Origin: a virus
Lineage: Duplodnaviria > Caudoviricetes
DNA: 27,240 nucleotides
Strand: one strand, 5' to 3'
Virus record (IMG/VR): IMGVR_UViG_3300030059_002959
Span: 1-27,240 of that record
Below the pieces are notes generated by a model. The model saw only the letters and a list, made by a program, of their open reading frames with translations, searched no databases and was not told the origin of the DNA. The position numbers were made by a program, and so were the translations under genes. This document shows positions 1 to 9,889 of this stretch, one piece after another (the first letter of the stretch is position 1; each line of letters starts with the position of its first letter).

Positions 1-225
1 GACCTTGTATACCTGCAATACCTTGTGGACCTTGTGGTCCTTGTACACCTATTGGTCCTTGTGGACCTTGAATACCTGCAATACCTTGTGGTCCTTGTGG
101 ACCTTGTACACCTATTGGTCCTTGTGGACCTTGAATACCAGTTAAACCAGTTGGTCCCTGTGGTCCTTGTACACCTTGAGCTCCACCACCTGGTCCTTGT
201 GGTCCTTGTGGACCGGTTGCACCAC
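1..225 (-). repeat. Coding collagen-like repeat; 63-bp unit (1-63, 64-126, degenerate third copy) built from 9-bp GGN-CCA-CAA units
   Basis: Near-identical tandem units are visible directly; they encode GPQ/GIQ/GVQ triplets. Confidence 0.9.
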
Positions 226-2434
226 CACCTGCAGCATTAATTGTTATTTCATCTGTAGCTTCATCTACAGTAAATGTTATATTTGTTCCTGGTAATAAAT
301 CTACATCACTACTAGCAGAACCATCCGTTAGTGCTATACTCACACCACCATTACTTAAACCAATAGCATTTAAATTATATGCTGAAAGAGTTGCATTTTC
401 CCATAAACTTGTAGAACTATTATATACTAGTAATTGATCATTAGCTAATCCTGTTAATGTTACATCAGTTAAACCACCTAAAGTAGAAGATCCACCACTA
501 CTTTCAACATCAACAGTTCCTCTATATAAATGTCCGTCTGCAGAATTAATCCATAATGTTCTTTCGTCATTAGTTCCACCATTACATAATGGCCTGTTTG
601 CTAGTGTTGTAGCTGGTAATGTTAATCCACCATCTTTAATATTAACACAACCTACAAAGTAACCAGCCCATGTACCAGCATCGGTAGTTAATTCAGTTAT
701 TATACCAGTACCAACATTTGTTGTTTGTGTAGCCACTACATTGGAATATAAACCAACTCTCTGTGGATTTGCTCCAGTACCAGTAAATGCAATAACTTCA
801 CCAATATTAATACCTACTGTTGTAGCTTTATTATCTAATGAAATATTAGATCCTATAATTTTGGTATATGTTACACCGTTTGGAGCTGTACCGTTAATTT
901 CACTTGTCAAAAGTTGATGTCCAATAAAGCTTGTAGTTGCCTTATTTCCAAAATTTGTAGATATGCTAGCTTCGGTAGTACCTGCTGTCTGATATTGTAA
1001 TGCTGAAGTTTGAAAGATATTTAGATTTCCAGAAAAATTAGCAGCTGCATTAACAACTAATGATCTTGCTGTAGTTGAAGTGGTATCATTTTTAGAAACT
1101 ATACCTAATTCACCTGCTATCCCTACCCTCATTCGTCCTGTTGCAGTATCTTGTGCTGTATATGTTGTTGCATTAAATTGACCACTTGCATCAAACTTAC
1201 CATTATTGGCATTGGTTTGTACCATTGGAATTCTATAAACACTACCTGCTGTTGTTACCGTATCAGTTGCAAGTTGAGGTACATATATTTCATTATTATT
1301 TGAAAGACTAAAACCGTCAACGGTTAATCCTCCTAAACCAATAGCACCATGACTAATTCCATAAGAAGCATCTGTTTGATCTATACCTATTGTTAATTGT
1401 ACAGTACCGTCATTTGATAAAATAAAGGCAGTATCAGATGAACCAATAGACTTAATTTCCATTTGGTGAGTAACTGCTGAGTTTGTTATATTAAGACCTG
1501 AAGTATCGGCTTGGTTAAATTGTAAATTACCAGCAGAACTTGCAAGTGAAACAATTCTATTAGCAGATGCTATAGCACCGTCTTGGTTATAAATGTTTAC
1601 TTGTCCTAATGAAGCTAATGTAGTAGGTGTCCATAATCCTGAACTTGTACTATATTGTAAAATGTCTAAATTATTAACTGCGGCCGATGATACATCCGAT
1701 AACATATTAATAGTTGGAGCTCCGCTATTTAATGCAGCAAGATTTACATTGCCTTCATCAAAGTTATATTCAATATTATTATTAGGAGTATTTGTACTAA
1801 TCGTTAATGCATTACCTGCAACATTACTTGTGTTAGTTGATTGGAATCCCATAAACTGTAGATTCACACCAACCTTTCCAGCATACACATCTTGATGTCC
1901 TGTACCTAAACCAATATTTTCACCTACATTTACTTCACCTGGATTAGATGCAAGAGTGTTAACTAATTTAATTGATTTGGATGCTATATTATACTGTAAT
2001 TCCATTCCAGCACCAGCAATAAAATTAAAAGTATCATTAGGATTGGCTGAAACAATTAAACCATTATTAGTAGTTTGTAACGCACCGGTTGCTGTTGTAG
2101 AGTTTACATTAATTTTACCAAAACTATCAGCTCCAACTACATTAAGAGTACCAGTTCCAATACCACCTATAATATCCCATTCTGCCGTAATGAAAGTACC
2201 TTGTGTTGTTCTGCGGTTTGCTCTCCACCATACTAACACTTGATCTTCACCAGTTGTTGCTGGGTCATCTACTATTACAGGATGATAAATTATGTTTCCT
2301 GTTTCATACACTCTTGGAGACTCCCACGGGTTAGATACCATTTGAAAATTAGTATCAACCTCAGCATTTGTGAGTTCTCTTTTTATCTCTGTGCGAAAAA
2401 GAATATATTCTTGTAGGTTAAATGACGTTGCCAT
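1..2434 (-). CDS. Large virion fibre/tail-like protein with collagen (Gly-X-Y) repeats; partial, runs off the left edge and is absent from the ORF track
   Basis: ATG at 2434 ([30 protein letters not shown]...). My manual translation stays open to position 1. The body is Thr/Asn/Gly/Ser-rich and ends in [41 protein letters not shown] lies upstream. Confidence 0.85.
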   Translation of the reverse strand, partial: MATSFNLQEYILFRTEIKRELTNAEVDTNFQMVSNPWESPRVYETGNIIYHPVIVDDPATTGEDQVLVWWRANRRTTQGTFITAEWDIIGGIGTGTLNVVGADSFGKINVNSTTATGALQTTNNGLIVSANPNDTFNFIAGAGMELQYNIASKSIKLVNTLASNPGEVNVGENIGLGTGHQDVYAGKVGVNLQFMGFQSTNTSNVAGNALTISTNTPNNNIEYNFDEGNVNLAALNSGAPTINMLSDVSSAAVNNLDILQYSTSSGLWTPTTLASLGQVNIYNQDGAIASANRIVSLASSAGNLQFNQADTSGLNITNSAVTHQMEIKSIGSSDTAFILSNDGTVQLTIGIDQTDASYGISHGAIGLGGLTVDGFSLSNNNEIYVPQLATDTVTTAGSVYRIPMVQTNANNGKFDASGQFNATTYTAQDTATGRMRVGIAGELGIVSKNDTTSTTARSLVVNAAANFSGNLNIFQTSALQYQTAGTTEASISTNFGNKATTSFIGHQLLTSEINGTAPNGVTYTKIIGSNISLDNKATTVGINIGEVIAFTGTGANPQRVGLYSNVVATQTTNVGTGIITELTTDAGTWAGYFVGCVNIKDGGLTLPATTLANRPLCNGGTNDERTLWINSADGHLYRGTVDVESSGGSSTLGGLTDVTLTGLANDQLLVYNSSTSLWENATLSAYNLNAIGLSNGGVSIALTDGSASSDVDLLPGTNITFTVDEATDEITINAAGGGATGPQGPQGPGGGAQGVQGPQGPTGLTGIQGPQGPIGVQGPQGPQGIAGIQGPQGPIGVQGPQGPQGIAGIQG

Positions 2435-2450
2435 TGATTTAAATATTTTT

Positions 2451-2460
2451 TTATTTATTC
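2451..2460 (-). promoter_or_regulatory. Putative late promoter GAATAAATAA; related copies at 3070-3078 (-), 6366-6375 (-), 8320-8327 (+), ~13105-13114 (-)
   Basis: Recurrent AATAAATA/AATATATA 15-25 nt before starts, including structural-looking genes. Resembles the T4 gp55 late promoter TATAAATA. The AT-rich background limits certainty. Confidence 0.45.
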
Positions 2461-2475
2461 GTCTTTTTGAATTCT

Positions 2476-3051
2476 TTAGTTTGGAGGAAACTCTTCTATC
2501 GTTACATTACTATAAGGAAATTCCGAAGTATTTCTACTTGATGTAAATGCATCTTTAAATGAATTAAGGTACCAGGTATTTTCTGACCAACCAGGAACAG
2601 CATAACAAGGTGAATAAATCCCGGTTACATAAATGTATTTAAGCTGTGCCCAATATTTAACATAACCAGTTACTGCGTTTTTAATTAACTGTATCTGTCT
2701 ATCTATAAATACTTTTCTTCCAGCATTACGCTGGCGGTCATACGAAGATCCGCTTTCGAGTTTTAAATTTGTTGTAACGTCTAATGCTTTATATTCTGTT
2801 GTAAAATTATAAAGATCACTAGTGGCCAGGAAGAATGATATAGAAACCAAATCTCCTAGATTACAATTATTAAGAGGCTTGTAATTAGAGTTATAATATA
2901 CTGTCATTGCAGCAACATCTGCAAAATCAATATATTGATGTTTTACCTTATCAAAAAAATCAACCTTTATACTTGTTGAGGTTATACTATTTTTTTTCAA
3001 GAAAATAAAAAAGTCTAAGGCTAGCTTAAATGTTATTCCTTCTAAAATCAA
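2476..3051 (-). CDS. Hypothetical protein (TTG start uncertain), possibly virion-associated
   Basis: 191-aa ORF next to the fibre gene, with GAATATATA upstream. Confidence 0.6.
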   Translation of the reverse strand: MILEGITFKLALDFFIFLKKNSITSTSIKVDFFDKVKHQYIDFADVAAMTVYYNSNYKPLNNCNLGDLVSISFFLATSDLYNFTTEYKALDVTTNLKLESGSSYDRQRNAGRKVFIDRQIQLIKNAVTGYVKYWAQLKYIYVTGIYSPCYAVPGWSENTWYLNSFKDAFTSSRNTSEFPYSNVTIEEFPPN

Positions 3052-3076
3052 TGGGATCTACTTTTTTTGTATATAT

Positions 3077-3550
3077 TCAGTCTTTGATTAGATGGTAGTC
3101 ATCTATAAGATAGGATATAGGCCCATTTGTGATTTTACATTGTTTAAAAATTTCTAAATGATCAAGGCTACGGTAATCATCAATCCAATAAACATGTTTA
3201 AACCCAGCATTAACTAGTATTTTAGTACACATTTTACATGGCGATAAAGTTAAAAGAACAATATAATTTTCAGGATCATATTCTTTAAATTTAGCAATCA
3301 TATTTACCTCAGCGTGAATAAAACCACTCTCACCTGGATTAAGACTATCCTCTTCGGTACCAGTTTCTATATTTAAACCTGCACCACTATAAGATCCATT
3401 ATAACCAAAGCTTGCAATTTTACTAAAATCTTTCCTAAGAGCAATACATCCAACTTTTGTTGTGGATGAATTAGAAAGATCTCGAATATTTTTAAGTATC
3501 TTGGTAAAAGTTTCTAATTTTCTTTGAAGTCGTTGAATTTTGGAATCCAT
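3077..3550 (-). CDS. dCMP deaminase (cytidine/deoxycytidylate deaminase family)
   Basis: KVGC, GYNG, HAEVN and SPCKMC zinc-binding motifs. Confidence 0.9.
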   Translation of the reverse strand: MDSKIQRLQRKLETFTKILKNIRDLSNSSTTKVGCIALRKDFSKIASFGYNGSYSGAGLNIETGTEEDSLNPGESGFIHAEVNMIAKFKEYDPENYIVLLTLSPCKMCTKILVNAGFKHVYWIDDYRSLDHLEIFKQCKITNGPISYLIDDYHLIKD

Positions 3551-4083
3551 TTTTGTTTAATTAACTTAGCTTTCATTTGTATACCATCTTCTTTATTTAA
3601 AGAATTGGCTAAATTTATATTTTCCCTATCATCATCAAAGAATGTAAAGTTATTAAAACCCATATCAATGAATTTTCTAAAGGCTTCTTTTTTTCTCTCT
3701 GCGGTTGAACCTTTAAGTTTTAATGCAGGGTCATTAATAGCAAAAATATAATTAGGGTTAATATTTATACCATTATGACTTAAGAATTGTTGAATAAGAG
3801 ACGAATCATCACGAGCAGTAATAATACCTACAGGTTTACCTTTAGCTATAGTTCTTCTTAAGATTGAAAATACCCATTCAATAATCTTACCAGCTTTAAG
3901 TATATCTAAACTCTGAAAATCAGAAAAGTCTAATTTATCATTTGGCCTTTTCTTAAACGTATTAAATTGTTGAGGTGTAAGATCTACTTGAAAACCAGTC
4001 TTTGGATTATGTACTTTGATTTTACTCTTGGTAACTACAAGGGTATCATCAACATCAAAAATCGTTATATTATTTCTTTTCAT
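3514..4083 (-). CDS. HAD-superfamily hydrolase/phosphatase
   Basis: FDVDDTL motif I, ITAR motif II, FFDDD motif IV. Confidence 0.8.
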   Translation of the reverse strand: MKRNNITIFDVDDTLVVTKSKIKVHNPKTGFQVDLTPQQFNTFKKRPNDKLDFSDFQSLDILKAGKIIEWVFSILRRTIAKGKPVGIITARDDSSLIQQFLSHNGININPNYIFAINDPALKLKGSTAERKKEAFRKFIDMGFNNFTFFDDDRENINLANSLNKEDGIQMKAKLIKQKWIPKFNDFKEN

Positions 4084-4109
4084 TCTTAAACTTATTCCTT
4101 TCTTTATAT

Positions 4110-4136
4110 ATTATATCATTAATAAAAAGAAAGTTC
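4110..4136 (-). promoter_or_regulatory. Putative promoter RAAC-N17-TATAAT (second copy at 5740-5766, upstream of the tRNAs)
   Basis: GAAC-17nt-TATAAT here and AAAC-17nt-TATAAT before tRNA-Gln; only two examples. Confidence 0.35.
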
Positions 4137-4164
4137 GTTAGATGTCTTATTACTAATAGACAGA

Positions 4165-5466
4165 TTAACAATCACGCCCATTAGTATAAACATGTTTTAA
4201 TACAGGAAACCTTAATGAATAACCACCTGTTTGATTTTCTGTTTCCTCAAAGTATTGTATTGTTACTGTTTTACCAATAATATCTTGTGGGGATTTAAAG
4301 TACATTTCTCTTTGTTCTTTAGAAAAACCTGATCCTACATTTACTTTACAGCCTTTATGTTCTATTGTAATGTTACTTAAACATTCTCTTTCTACTTGTT
4401 TACCATTTTCTGTCCATCGGATAAATGCATTAGTAGTTCCTAAGACAGTATATTCTGCGTCATGGAATTTTTTAACCTTTAGTAGATTATGGCTTCTTTT
4501 ACCTTCATAGCCTACATTCTTTCTAACCATGATTCCTTCAAATCCTGCCTCTTCAGCTTCTTTAGCCATTTCAGTAAATTGTTCTTCGGTAGTTAATTGT
4601 TCTTGTGGTAAGAATTCTAACATATCAGAATTAATATTTTCTGGTAAACTATTCTTTCCTAATTCTAATCTAAATGTTAATGGCGTAATTCCAGTTTGAT
4701 TATCAAATTGTTCTAAAGTTAAATAATCAAATACAAAGAATTTAGGATTTTGGATTTGATGATCCTTTTTTCTAATCTGTTTCATAATTCCTTGAAAATC
4801 TTCATTGCCATCTTTATCAACCATACAGATTTCTCCATCTAAAATAAAGTTACCTGAAATCTTTAGAATTTCATTTTCTAAATTACCTAATGTTAAAAAT
4901 TCTTTACCACTTCTAGAAAAGAATGTTACTATATCATTTTCTTTTCGGCAAATACAACGAACTCCATCTAATTTTCTAGAACCGTACCAGTCTCCACTTT
5001 TAAAATCTACTCTTTTTACATTATAAGGATTTGCTAATGCAACCTTAAATGTTGGTATACAGTTTAGAATTACTTTATTAATAGAACTTGTAGATGCACC
5101 CATTTTAAGGTCTCTATCAATAATATTATAAATAATAGTTTCATGTTCATTATTCTCTAAAATAAATCTATTAACATTTGCAATTGCAGTATGCCCAGTA
5201 CAAACCCTGTTTGCTAAATCATCTAATAGAGTAAAAATACTCCTATAAGAATTTGGATGCCCTAGTAAATCAAAGTTCTTTTTACAGTTCTTAGATGTTA
5301 CTCCATATTTTTTATAAGGATTATAAGTGTAGTTAAAAATCTTTTTTAGAAATTCACTATCAGAATGTTTTTTGATAGTTGCAATTTTGTGGTTTCCTGA
5401 AGATGAAGAATTCATTTCATCAAGGAATGTTTGTAGATAGCTAAAGTTTTTGTTTATTTGTTCCAT
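4165..5466 (-). CDS. lig: ATP-dependent DNA ligase
   Basis: KLDGVR adenylation motif, LDGEI, FDY, EGIMVR, LLKVK and a C-terminal OB-fold (VGSGFS, SLRFP). Confidence 0.95.
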   Translation of the reverse strand: MEQINKNFSYLQTFLDEMNSSSSGNHKIATIKKHSDSEFLKKIFNYTYNPYKKYGVTSKNCKKNFDLLGHPNSYRSIFTLLDDLANRVCTGHTAIANVNRFILENNEHETIIYNIIDRDLKMGASTSSINKVILNCIPTFKVALANPYNVKRVDFKSGDWYGSRKLDGVRCICRKENDIVTFFSRSGKEFLTLGNLENEILKISGNFILDGEICMVDKDGNEDFQGIMKQIRKKDHQIQNPKFFVFDYLTLEQFDNQTGITPLTFRLELGKNSLPENINSDMLEFLPQEQLTTEEQFTEMAKEAEEAGFEGIMVRKNVGYEGKRSHNLLKVKKFHDAEYTVLGTTNAFIRWTENGKQVERECLSNITIEHKGCKVNVGSGFSKEQREMYFKSPQDIIGKTVTIQYFEETENQTGGYSLRFPVLKHVYTNGRDC

Positions 5467-5467
5467 T

Positions 5468-5557
5468 TTCCGTTATTTAATTATATTATAAATATAATAC
5501 AATTTTCTCGGTTCTGAACTATAAATCTTATTTATTTTTAAAAAGTTATTAACAATT
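5468..5557 (-). promoter_or_regulatory. Repeated early-promoter cassette, copy 1 (ligase)
   Basis: Minus strand AATTGTTAATAACTTT...TTTATAGTTCAG...TATATTTATA...AACGGAAA-ATG. Confidence 0.75.
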
Positions 5558-5571
5558 TTAAAACAATATTG

Positions 5572-5646
5572 TCGGGATGGCAGGATTCGAACCTGCGACC
5601 TCCGCGTCCCAAACGCGGCGCGATGACCGGACTACGCTACATCCCG
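5572..5646 (-). tRNA. tRNA-Pro(TGG)
   Basis: Cloverleaf: acceptor CGGGATG/CATCCCG, anticodon arm CCGCG-TTTGGGA-CGCGG, GGTTCGAATCC T-arm. CCA not encoded. Confidence 0.95.
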
Positions 5647-5650
5647 ATTG

Positions 5651-5723
5651 TTGTCCCTGCAGGGTTCGAACCTACGCTCTTCTGTACCAAAAACAGACGT
5701 GTTGCCAATTACACCAAGGGACA
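5651..5723 (-). tRNA. tRNA-Gln(TTG)
   Basis: Acceptor TGTCCCT/AGGGACA, anticodon arm TCTGT-TTTTGGT-ACAGA, GGTTCGAACCC T-arm. Confidence 0.93.
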
Positions 5724-5764
5724 AGGGCATTAATTACTAATTATATACTTTAAATGAAAATTGT

Positions 5765-6352
5765 TTAATATTTAGTATTAAAAAAGAAAGTTTGAAAAAG
5801 TCTACCACTTTCTAAATCTTTACCGAAATATTCTAATGATTTATGAAACATATCGCCTCTATATAATACTAGCCTGTTATATTTGTTACCAACCATTGCA
5901 GTCATATCCCATTTAGAATCATCCCTAGAATCTGGATAAATTACTTTTTCAAGATATTCTTGATCATATGAACCATCCTCTAATCTTGGTGGCGTTTCTA
6001 AACCTGTTTCTTTATGTCTAAATAAACCAGTACCGCCATTAGCAGGCGCATCGGGTGTTAAGTAACATACACCAGCCCACATTGTTGTATGATCAGCATG
6101 AATCCAACTAGTATCATCAACTGTTGTATATTGAAAAGAAGTTGTATAATCGTAATCCCAATCAGTAATATCACCACCAGCTGCTTGGACAATACCTTGT
6201 ATAGATGTTCTTAAGTCTTTCCAATCATGGACAGGCTTAGTTCTTTTACCTGGATAATTACCAACTACATCAAAAGGTTGTTCTAAAACCCATTCTCTTA
6301 CGAGATCAGGGTTTCCGTAAAAATCGTCTGTTATTATTAAATCTGTATTCAT
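5765..6352 (-). CDS. 2OG-Fe(II) oxygenase-like protein (DUF6445-like)
   Basis: IITDDFY start, NYPGKRT, WIHAD (HxD), YNRLVLY, distal H (MFHKS), RLFQTFF. Confidence 0.75.
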   Translation of the reverse strand: MNTDLIITDDFYGNPDLVREWVLEQPFDVVGNYPGKRTKPVHDWKDLRTSIQGIVQAAGGDITDWDYDYTTSFQYTTVDDTSWIHADHTTMWAGVCYLTPDAPANGGTGLFRHKETGLETPPRLEDGSYDQEYLEKVIYPDSRDDSKWDMTAMVGNKYNRLVLYRGDMFHKSLEYFGKDLESGRLFQTFFFNTKY

Positions 6353-6375
6353 AAGTTATATTTTATTATTTATTC

Positions 6376-6669
6376 CTAGTCTGGTTTTTGTATATCGTTA
6401 TCATCAAATGGTGTATTTAAATATAGCATAGCTTTAAGCTTTTGTAAATTTGTACATTTTTCATATTCTTCAATACTTTCAAAATATTTAATTAAACCAT
6501 CTATACTTTTTATTTTATTTTCTATAGCATCTGTTCTCTTTAAAACTGAACTAGGACTTTGCATTAATACATGATATGATAAATCCATAAATTGTTTATG
6601 ATCAGTTTGTTCTAAAGTTAATAAAAGACTTCTAATGAAATCATTGCCAAAACCATTACCCTTTTCCAT
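6376..6669 (-). CDS. Hypothetical protein with UVR-like helical motif
   Basis: 97 aa; YFESIEEYEKC..L motif. Confidence 0.65.
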   Translation of the reverse strand: MEKGNGFGNDFIRSLLLTLEQTDHKQFMDLSYHVLMQSPSSVLKRTDAIENKIKSIDGLIKYFESIEEYEKCTNLQKLKAMLYLNTPFDDNDIQKPD

Positions 6670-7486
6670 AATATTTATTTTTAATTTTTTGTATTAATGC
6701 TTTATCGTCATCATCTAAATCTGTAGGTATGTCTACTATAATGCTTATTAATAAATCAGTATATTTATCCTTTTGTTTATAAATAGGAAAGCCTTTTCCT
6801 TTAACTCTTAATACTTTACCATTTGCAGTTCCTGCCGGTATATTAAATGTTATAGTCTTATCAAAACAATCTATAGAGCCTTGGCCTCCTAAAATTGCAT
6901 CATACATATTTATATTTTTAATTGCATGTAATCCTTGATTATCTAGAAAAAAGTTACTATCACTTACAACATCTATTGTCATAATAAGATCACCATTAAG
7001 CTCTACAGTTTGTCCGCTCTGACCTAATCCTTTTAATCTTATCTTTTGTCCATTTTTTATACCAGCACCAATATCAACCTTTACGGTTTTCATTCCTATC
7101 CTAACATCACGATTAGTTCCATAGTAAGCATCAGTTAAACTGATCCTTAAAATTCCTGTTGTATTTCTACCTTTAGCAGTCTGACCATACCTTTGATTAA
7201 ATGCACCACTAAAATTTTGATTTCTTAATAAGTCTTCAAACATACTCTCAGAAAAATCCCCACCACCACCAAATTGATTGAATGGATTATTTTGCCTTTG
7301 ATCATAATTAGCTTTCTTTTGAGGATCTCCTAAAGTATCATAGGCATCTGCGATTGCTTTAAATTTTTCTTCATTACCCTTAGCTTTGTCTGGGTGATAT
7401 TCTTTAGCTAAAGTTCTATATGCTTTTTTGATAACATCAGCAGTTGCATTTTTTTCTACACCTAGTAATTGATATGGATCTTTCAT
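6656..7486 (-). CDS. dnaJ: DnaJ/CbpA-class co-chaperone (J-domain plus C-terminal domain, no Zn finger)
   Basis: DPYQLLGV...YHPDK J-domain, G/F-rich linker, GQKIRLKGLG. Start placed at 7486 from a TAATG overlap. Confidence 0.9.
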   Translation of the reverse strand: MKDPYQLLGVEKNATADVIKKAYRTLAKEYHPDKAKGNEEKFKAIADAYDTLGDPQKKANYDQRQNNPFNQFGGGGDFSESMFEDLLRNQNFSGAFNQRYGQTAKGRNTTGILRISLTDAYYGTNRDVRIGMKTVKVDIGAGIKNGQKIRLKGLGQSGQTVELNGDLIMTIDVVSDSNFFLDNQGLHAIKNINMYDAILGGQGSIDCFDKTITFNIPAGTANGKVLRVKGKGFPIYKQKDKYTDLLISIIVDIPTDLDDDDKALIQKIKNKYYGKG

Positions 7487-7830
7487 TATTTCCAAAACAT
7501 TTGTATACCAATTAAACTACATGCCATAATTAATGATACTAGTGTTTTTGCCGTAAGCCCTTCTCCCATAAAATACCAAGTTAAAAAAGTAAAAGAAATA
7601 ATTCCTGTTCCAAATGCAATAAATCTACCAGGCCATAATAAGCCATCATAATATGCAACCATAAAACGAGTAGCAAATATTAATACATAACTAATTGATG
7701 TACCCATTAATAATGAAACTATTACAGGGTTCTTTTTAAACCAAGGCCAGACAAATTGGCCATTTGTTTGAAACCATATTGCAGCTTGTCCTAAAAAAAA
7801 TAATAAAAATCCTATTATAAATTTATTCAT
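7486..7830 (-). CDS. Small multi-pass membrane protein (about 4 TM helices)
   Basis: Four hydrophobic segments in 114 aa. Confidence 0.7.
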   Translation of the reverse strand: MNKFIIGFLLFFLGQAAIWFQTNGQFVWPWFKKNPVIVSLLMGTSISYVLIFATRFMVAYYDGLLWPGRFIAFGTGIISFTFLTWYFMGEGLTAKTLVSLIMACSLIGIQMFWK

Positions 7831-8089
7831 CTATGTTGTATTTATAACCTTGTCTTTCCATATAACTCATATGGCTCTCCATCTGTTTAGCTGTTATGAA
7901 AACAGAAGGTTCTATAATTACTTGACCATCTTCTCTTTTGTCATAAGCTTTATTTAAAAACCACTTATCACGTTTTGATTCCCACCAAAACCAAACCTTT
8001 TGCCATGACTTAGGTTTTTTCATATAAACTTTATTACCTTTATCCATATGAGCAATAAATTGCTTGTATGTAATATCTTTATTGGCCAT
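7823..8089 (-). CDS. Hypothetical protein
   Basis: 88-aa ORF tightly packed in the operon. Confidence 0.65.
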   Translation of the reverse strand: MANKDITYKQFIAHMDKGNKVYMKKPKSWQKVWFWWESKRDKWFLNKAYDKREDGQVIIEPSVFITAKQMESHMSYMERQGYKYNIDE

Positions 8090-8092
8090 TTA

Positions 8093-8275
8093 TTATTTAC
8101 CTTTAGATTCTTTAAGAGTAAGTTTTTGTATTCTCTCCTCTAAGACAAATCTCTTTTCATCTAACTTATTTGATTTTTCCATTTGGATTGCAATTCTTTC
8201 CAAGACATTAACCAATTTAGGTATATCGCCGTCTATTAATTTACGACCCATTGCTGTTCTAAAAAATTCTGACAT
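8093..8275 (-). CDS. Hypothetical coiled-coil protein (start probably MSEFFRT)
   Basis: ORF 8093..8299; the internal ATG has an A-rich leader. Confidence 0.6.
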   Translation of the reverse strand: MSEFFRTAMGRKLIDGDIPKLVNVLERIAIQMEKSNKLDEKRFVLEERIQKLTLKESKGK

Positions 8276-8344
8276 AATTGTGTTTATTTTTATATGCAAT
8301 ATCTCAATGTTTGTTTACAAATATATAAACAAATAAAACTAGTT

Positions 8345-8812
8345 ATGGGTAAAATACCAAAATTTGAAAAATTTAATGTAAATGAAACAGTAACTGCTGT
8401 TGGATTTGGCATGAACGGGATAAATAATTATGGATTAGGTGGTGGAACCCCACAAACAGGTTACAGTATGGGTGCTATTGCGGGTACTGTTGGTCAATCA
8501 GCTGACGCTATAGGAAGCCAAGCATATGAATATGAAATGAATGAAAATAATGATCACACAGCAGAAGGTTATTTAACAGAAGCTAAGAAACATATATCTG
8601 AATCAATTGATAAAGCATATGAAGGTTATAGTGCTGGTGTAAAAGAAGCTATGGTTCAAATAGCTGGTGATAAAAAACCATCAGGTGCTAAAGTATTGGC
8701 AATTGTTATAATGGAAGCTTTAGTTGAAAGTAATTTAAAACTAAACAACTCTGGCGATTACAAAAAAGCATTGGCATTAGTACAAGATATAATAATTAAA
8801 TCAACATTTTAA
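8345..8812 (+). CDS. Putative internal head protein (start revised to MGKIPKFEKFNVNE)
   Basis: AATATATA motif at 8320 and an A-rich leader; N-terminal FxxF-x-x-NE motif. Confidence 0.65.
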   Translation: MGKIPKFEKFNVNETVTAVGFGMNGINNYGLGGGTPQTGYSMGAIAGTVGQSADAIGSQAYEYEMNENNDHTAEGYLTEAKKHISESIDKAYEGYSAGVKEAMVQIAGDKKPSGAKVLAIVIMEALVESNLKLNNSGDYKKALALVQDIIIKSTF

Positions 8813-8813
8813 T

Positions 8814-9065
8814 ATGGGAATTACAAACTTTGAATCATTTGAATTAAACGAAGCAGAAAAGCATGAATTTAATCCTAATGAAACCGCAGAAAGATTAAAG
8901 AGAAGAGAAACTCAAAATATTGAAAGGTATAGGGCTGCACAAGAAAGAGAAGATAATTATGGTACAACCTATTATAAGTACAGGATTGCAATTGATAAGA
9001 TTGATTTACAGAAATTAAAGTTAATGACACAAATACATCAGCTTAAACAAAAATATAAAAAGTAA
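8814..9065 (+). CDS. Putative internal head protein
   Basis: N-terminus MGITNFESFELNEA; co-oriented operon. Confidence 0.65.
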   Translation: MGITNFESFELNEAEKHEFNPNETAERLKRRETQNIERYRAAQEREDNYGTTYYKYRIAIDKIDLQKLKLMTQIHQLKQKYKK

Positions 9066-9499
9066 TGGATCCAAAAGAGGAATTACAATCTAAAAAAGAT
9101 CAAAACACAATCAGACATTTTAAAGGTACTGTTGGTCAATTTAAACAAATGTTTGATGATTTAGCAGATGGTAAAGATACCAATGCTTATAATAGTCCAG
9201 TTAGACAAGGGTATGGTGTTTTTCCAACAAGAGATAAGAATACTAAAAGTCCACATTGGAATGATGATCATGAAGATGAAGAAACTCAAAATGAAAATCA
9301 TATATCTAAATTTGATATATTTGAATCTAGGGAGTCTGACGCGTTAGCAAAGGTAATAAATAAAGGAATTATTAAAATAGACGACTCAATGTCATATAAA
9401 GATTTTGCATTGGCCGTTGGTAAAATTTTAAGAGATGAATATGGTCAACATAATTTTAAACCTTTTATGAAAGTTCTTCACAAAGACTTAGGACTGTAA
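9065..9499 (+). CDS. Hypothetical protein with internal HISKFDIFES motif, possibly a head protein
   Basis: TAATG coupling to the upstream gene; motif follows an acidic linker. Confidence 0.6.
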   Translation: MDPKEELQSKKDQNTIRHFKGTVGQFKQMFDDLADGKDTNAYNSPVRQGYGVFPTRDKNTKSPHWNDDHEDEETQNENHISKFDIFESRESDALAKVINKGIIKIDDSMSYKDFALAVGKILRDEYGQHNFKPFMKVLHKDLGL

Positions 9500-9888
9500 T
9501 TTATTTTAATATCACCACCAGTATGATCAGTTACCCAGTTTGATTTATCTACAGCATTAATGTTAGTTTGATATTCATTCCAATCCTCATCAGCTTTAAT
9601 CTTATCTTTTAAATCTTTATCTGAAATTGCATATTGACCAACATCACAACCAGCAGACATTATAGGTTTCAGTTTTTTCTTATGAGCATGCTCTAGTACT
9701 AATTCATTTAAAAATCCATTTTTAAATTTAGCAATTAATTTATCTGATGCATAAATTGCCATTACAGATTTTTGATCTTCTAATAAATCATTTTCACTTT
9801 CTATAATTTTTGCTATATAAGCCTTTGGGTACTCAACATCATATATTGAACTCTTCCCATTCATGTATTCTACTTTTACTTTTACCAT
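9478..9888 (-). CDS. Hypothetical protein
   Basis: 136-aa ORF convergent with the plus-strand island. Confidence 0.6.
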   Translation of the reverse strand: MVKVKVEYMNGKSSIYDVEYPKAYIAKIIESENDLLEDQKSVMAIYASDKLIAKFKNGFLNELVLEHAHKKKLKPIMSAGCDVGQYAISDKDLKDKIKADEDWNEYQTNINAVDKSNWVTDHTGGDIKINYSPKSL

Positions 9889-9889
9889 T

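Noticed and set aside
1-225. Tandem repeats as a CRISPR array
   Set aside because: No unique spacers; the repeat is in-frame Gly-X-Y coding sequence.
25-2243. Plus-strand ORFs 25..240, 1593..1895 and 1956..2243
   Set aside because: Antisense shadows of the long minus-strand fibre gene; the LVVLVDL periodicity is the reverse of the collagen repeat.
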